Source: Felis catus
Taxonomy: Eukaryota
Direction: 5' to 3'
DNA length: 64,000 bases
Assembly (NCBI RefSeq): GCF_018350175.1
Contig: NC_058368.1
Location: 36,334,001-36,398,000 of the forward strand
The notes below the pieces were generated by a model. The model was not told the DNA's origin. It made no database searches and saw nothing but the letters and a program-made list of their open reading frames with translations. Of this stretch, positions 62,610-64,000 are shown one piece after another; the first letter of the stretch is position 1, and every line of letters begins with the position of its first letter. The translations under genes were made by a program, and so were the position numbers.

Positions 62610-63515
62610 AAACATTCATTCATTTCACAAATAGTTTTTGAGCATCTAATAAGTGCCAGTGAATGTAAGAGATATAACACAGTATAGAACAAACACAGTC
62701 TCTACCCAGACAAAGCCCAAATTCTAGTGAGAGAGATAGATAAGTAAAAGCTAAAGCAATAAATCAATAAATAATTACAAGGTGTGATAGTGATTGAAAG
62801 TGAAAAGGAGGAATTGTTTACATTGGATGTTCAGAAAAGGCTTGTCTGAGAACTAAAGGAAGGGTGGGGTCAACTATGTCAGGAGCTGGGGGAAAGCTTT
62901 CCAGACAAAGGAAACAGCAAATACAAAAGCCCGGCGATCAGAACAAGCGTGGAATGTTCTAGAAACTGTTAAAGGTCCGTGAGCCTGTTGGAAAGTGAGG
63001 TGAGCTGAAGTGGAGCAGTCGTCATGGGCCAGATCATTTTGGGCTTTGTAGGCTCTGGAAAGGAGTGAAATTTCACTCTTAAGTTTAAGAGAATCTATTG
63101 AAGGCTTTTAGGCTCCAAACGGCATCATCTGATTTATGTGTTTAAAAGATCGTTCTCATGGCTGTGTATAGAACAGACTGTAAGCAAGCAAGACTGGACA
63201 TCAGAAGCTGAGTAGAGAGAGGTACTGGCTTGGAGCAGAGGGTGGCAATAGACATGAAGAATAATGGGCAGATTTTGGGGCAGGATGAAAAGGGTGTACG
63301 AGCTAAAGGAAAGGATGAATCAAGGAAACCTCTTAGGTTTGGTGTTTGAATTAAGTGAATGTGGTGCCATGTATTGTTCTGGGAGGTCCCTATAGAGATC
63401 TCTGTACTGAGGCACCCACGAGATCAGTTTTGAACATGCAAAGTTTGAGACGTCTGTGAGATATTCAAGTAAAGCTATAATTTAGGAAACAGGATATCTA
63501 AGTTTGAGCTGGATA
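62610..63515 (-). mobile_element. L2 fragment
   Basis: Contains cattcattcatttcacaaatagtttttgagcatcta...ccagacaaaggaaacagcaaatacaaaagccc...agttttgaacatgcaaagtttgagacgtctgtgagat. Confidence 0.85.
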
Positions 63516-63859
63516 TAATAAGTATAAAGCCAATTTTATTCTCTGATTGGCCTAAATTACAAATATACACAGCATGTGCTTGGTGATTTAATTCTTTGAT
63601 TTCTTAAGGAACTGATCTGAATCTCAGATCCCTTTCACTGCTTTTACATTTTTCATTGTCTCCAAACACAAACCGATATCATTAAAAATGTTTGTTGTTT
63701 CATGCTTTTTCTAATTTTTTAGTATGCTAATTTTCCTCTATAAAATAGGCTTCTCAATTAGTTATGGAAAAGGGGAGAGAGTACTTGCTCTAAAGCAGGC
63801 AGGGACAACATAACATTATTTCACTCACACATAACAATTCTCTAATATCCTTTTTTTTT

Positions 63860-63990
63860 TTTTTTTTTTGCAGGTGAGGAAACTGAGGTTCACAGTATTG
63901 AAGTAACAATGACATATGGTTCAGATTGGAAGCCAACTTTGGTTTTGGCACTAAAAACCATGTCCCATCTTTAGAGAGGCTATAAAGCAC
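63860..63990 (-). mobile_element. MIR
   Basis: Contains tttgcaggtgaggaaactgaggttcacag. Confidence 0.75.
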
Positions 63991-64000
63991 AGAGTCTCTC

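Overview
This is mammalian DNA, most likely from a cat-family (felid) carnivore, judged by the many tRNA-derived Can-SINEs of the felid SINEC_Fc type and by carnivore L1s. I find no credible host protein-coding exon. The supplied ORFs are L1 fragments, repeat read-through or chance frames. The window looks like repeat-rich intergenic or intronic sequence. It contains about 13 Can-SINEs, one full-length but dead carnivore L1 (35599-43726), older L1M, L2 and MIR copies, several LTR relics, DNA-transposon relics, a full-length 7SK retrocopy (32217-32548, minus strand) and an orphan CpG island (about 23.5-24.1 kb) with a CTCF-like site. The most interesting signals read by eye are: (i) a very decayed Ty3/Gypsy-like or ERVL-like pol fossil (RT and integrase motifs, 33.35-35.56 kb, resuming near 44.2 kb) under a four-layer nest of fossil, MER31 LTR, L1 and five SINEs; (ii) a hAT/Charlie transposase fossil present as an inverted pair of about 150 bp; (iii) a 7SK copy ending in T27 plus a short A-tail; (iv) the CpG island and several enhancer-like unique blocks. 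I do not see evidence for a new multi-gene biological system. Repeat family names come from my recall of consensus sequences, not from a search. Boundaries without a stated target-site duplication (TSD) are approximate.
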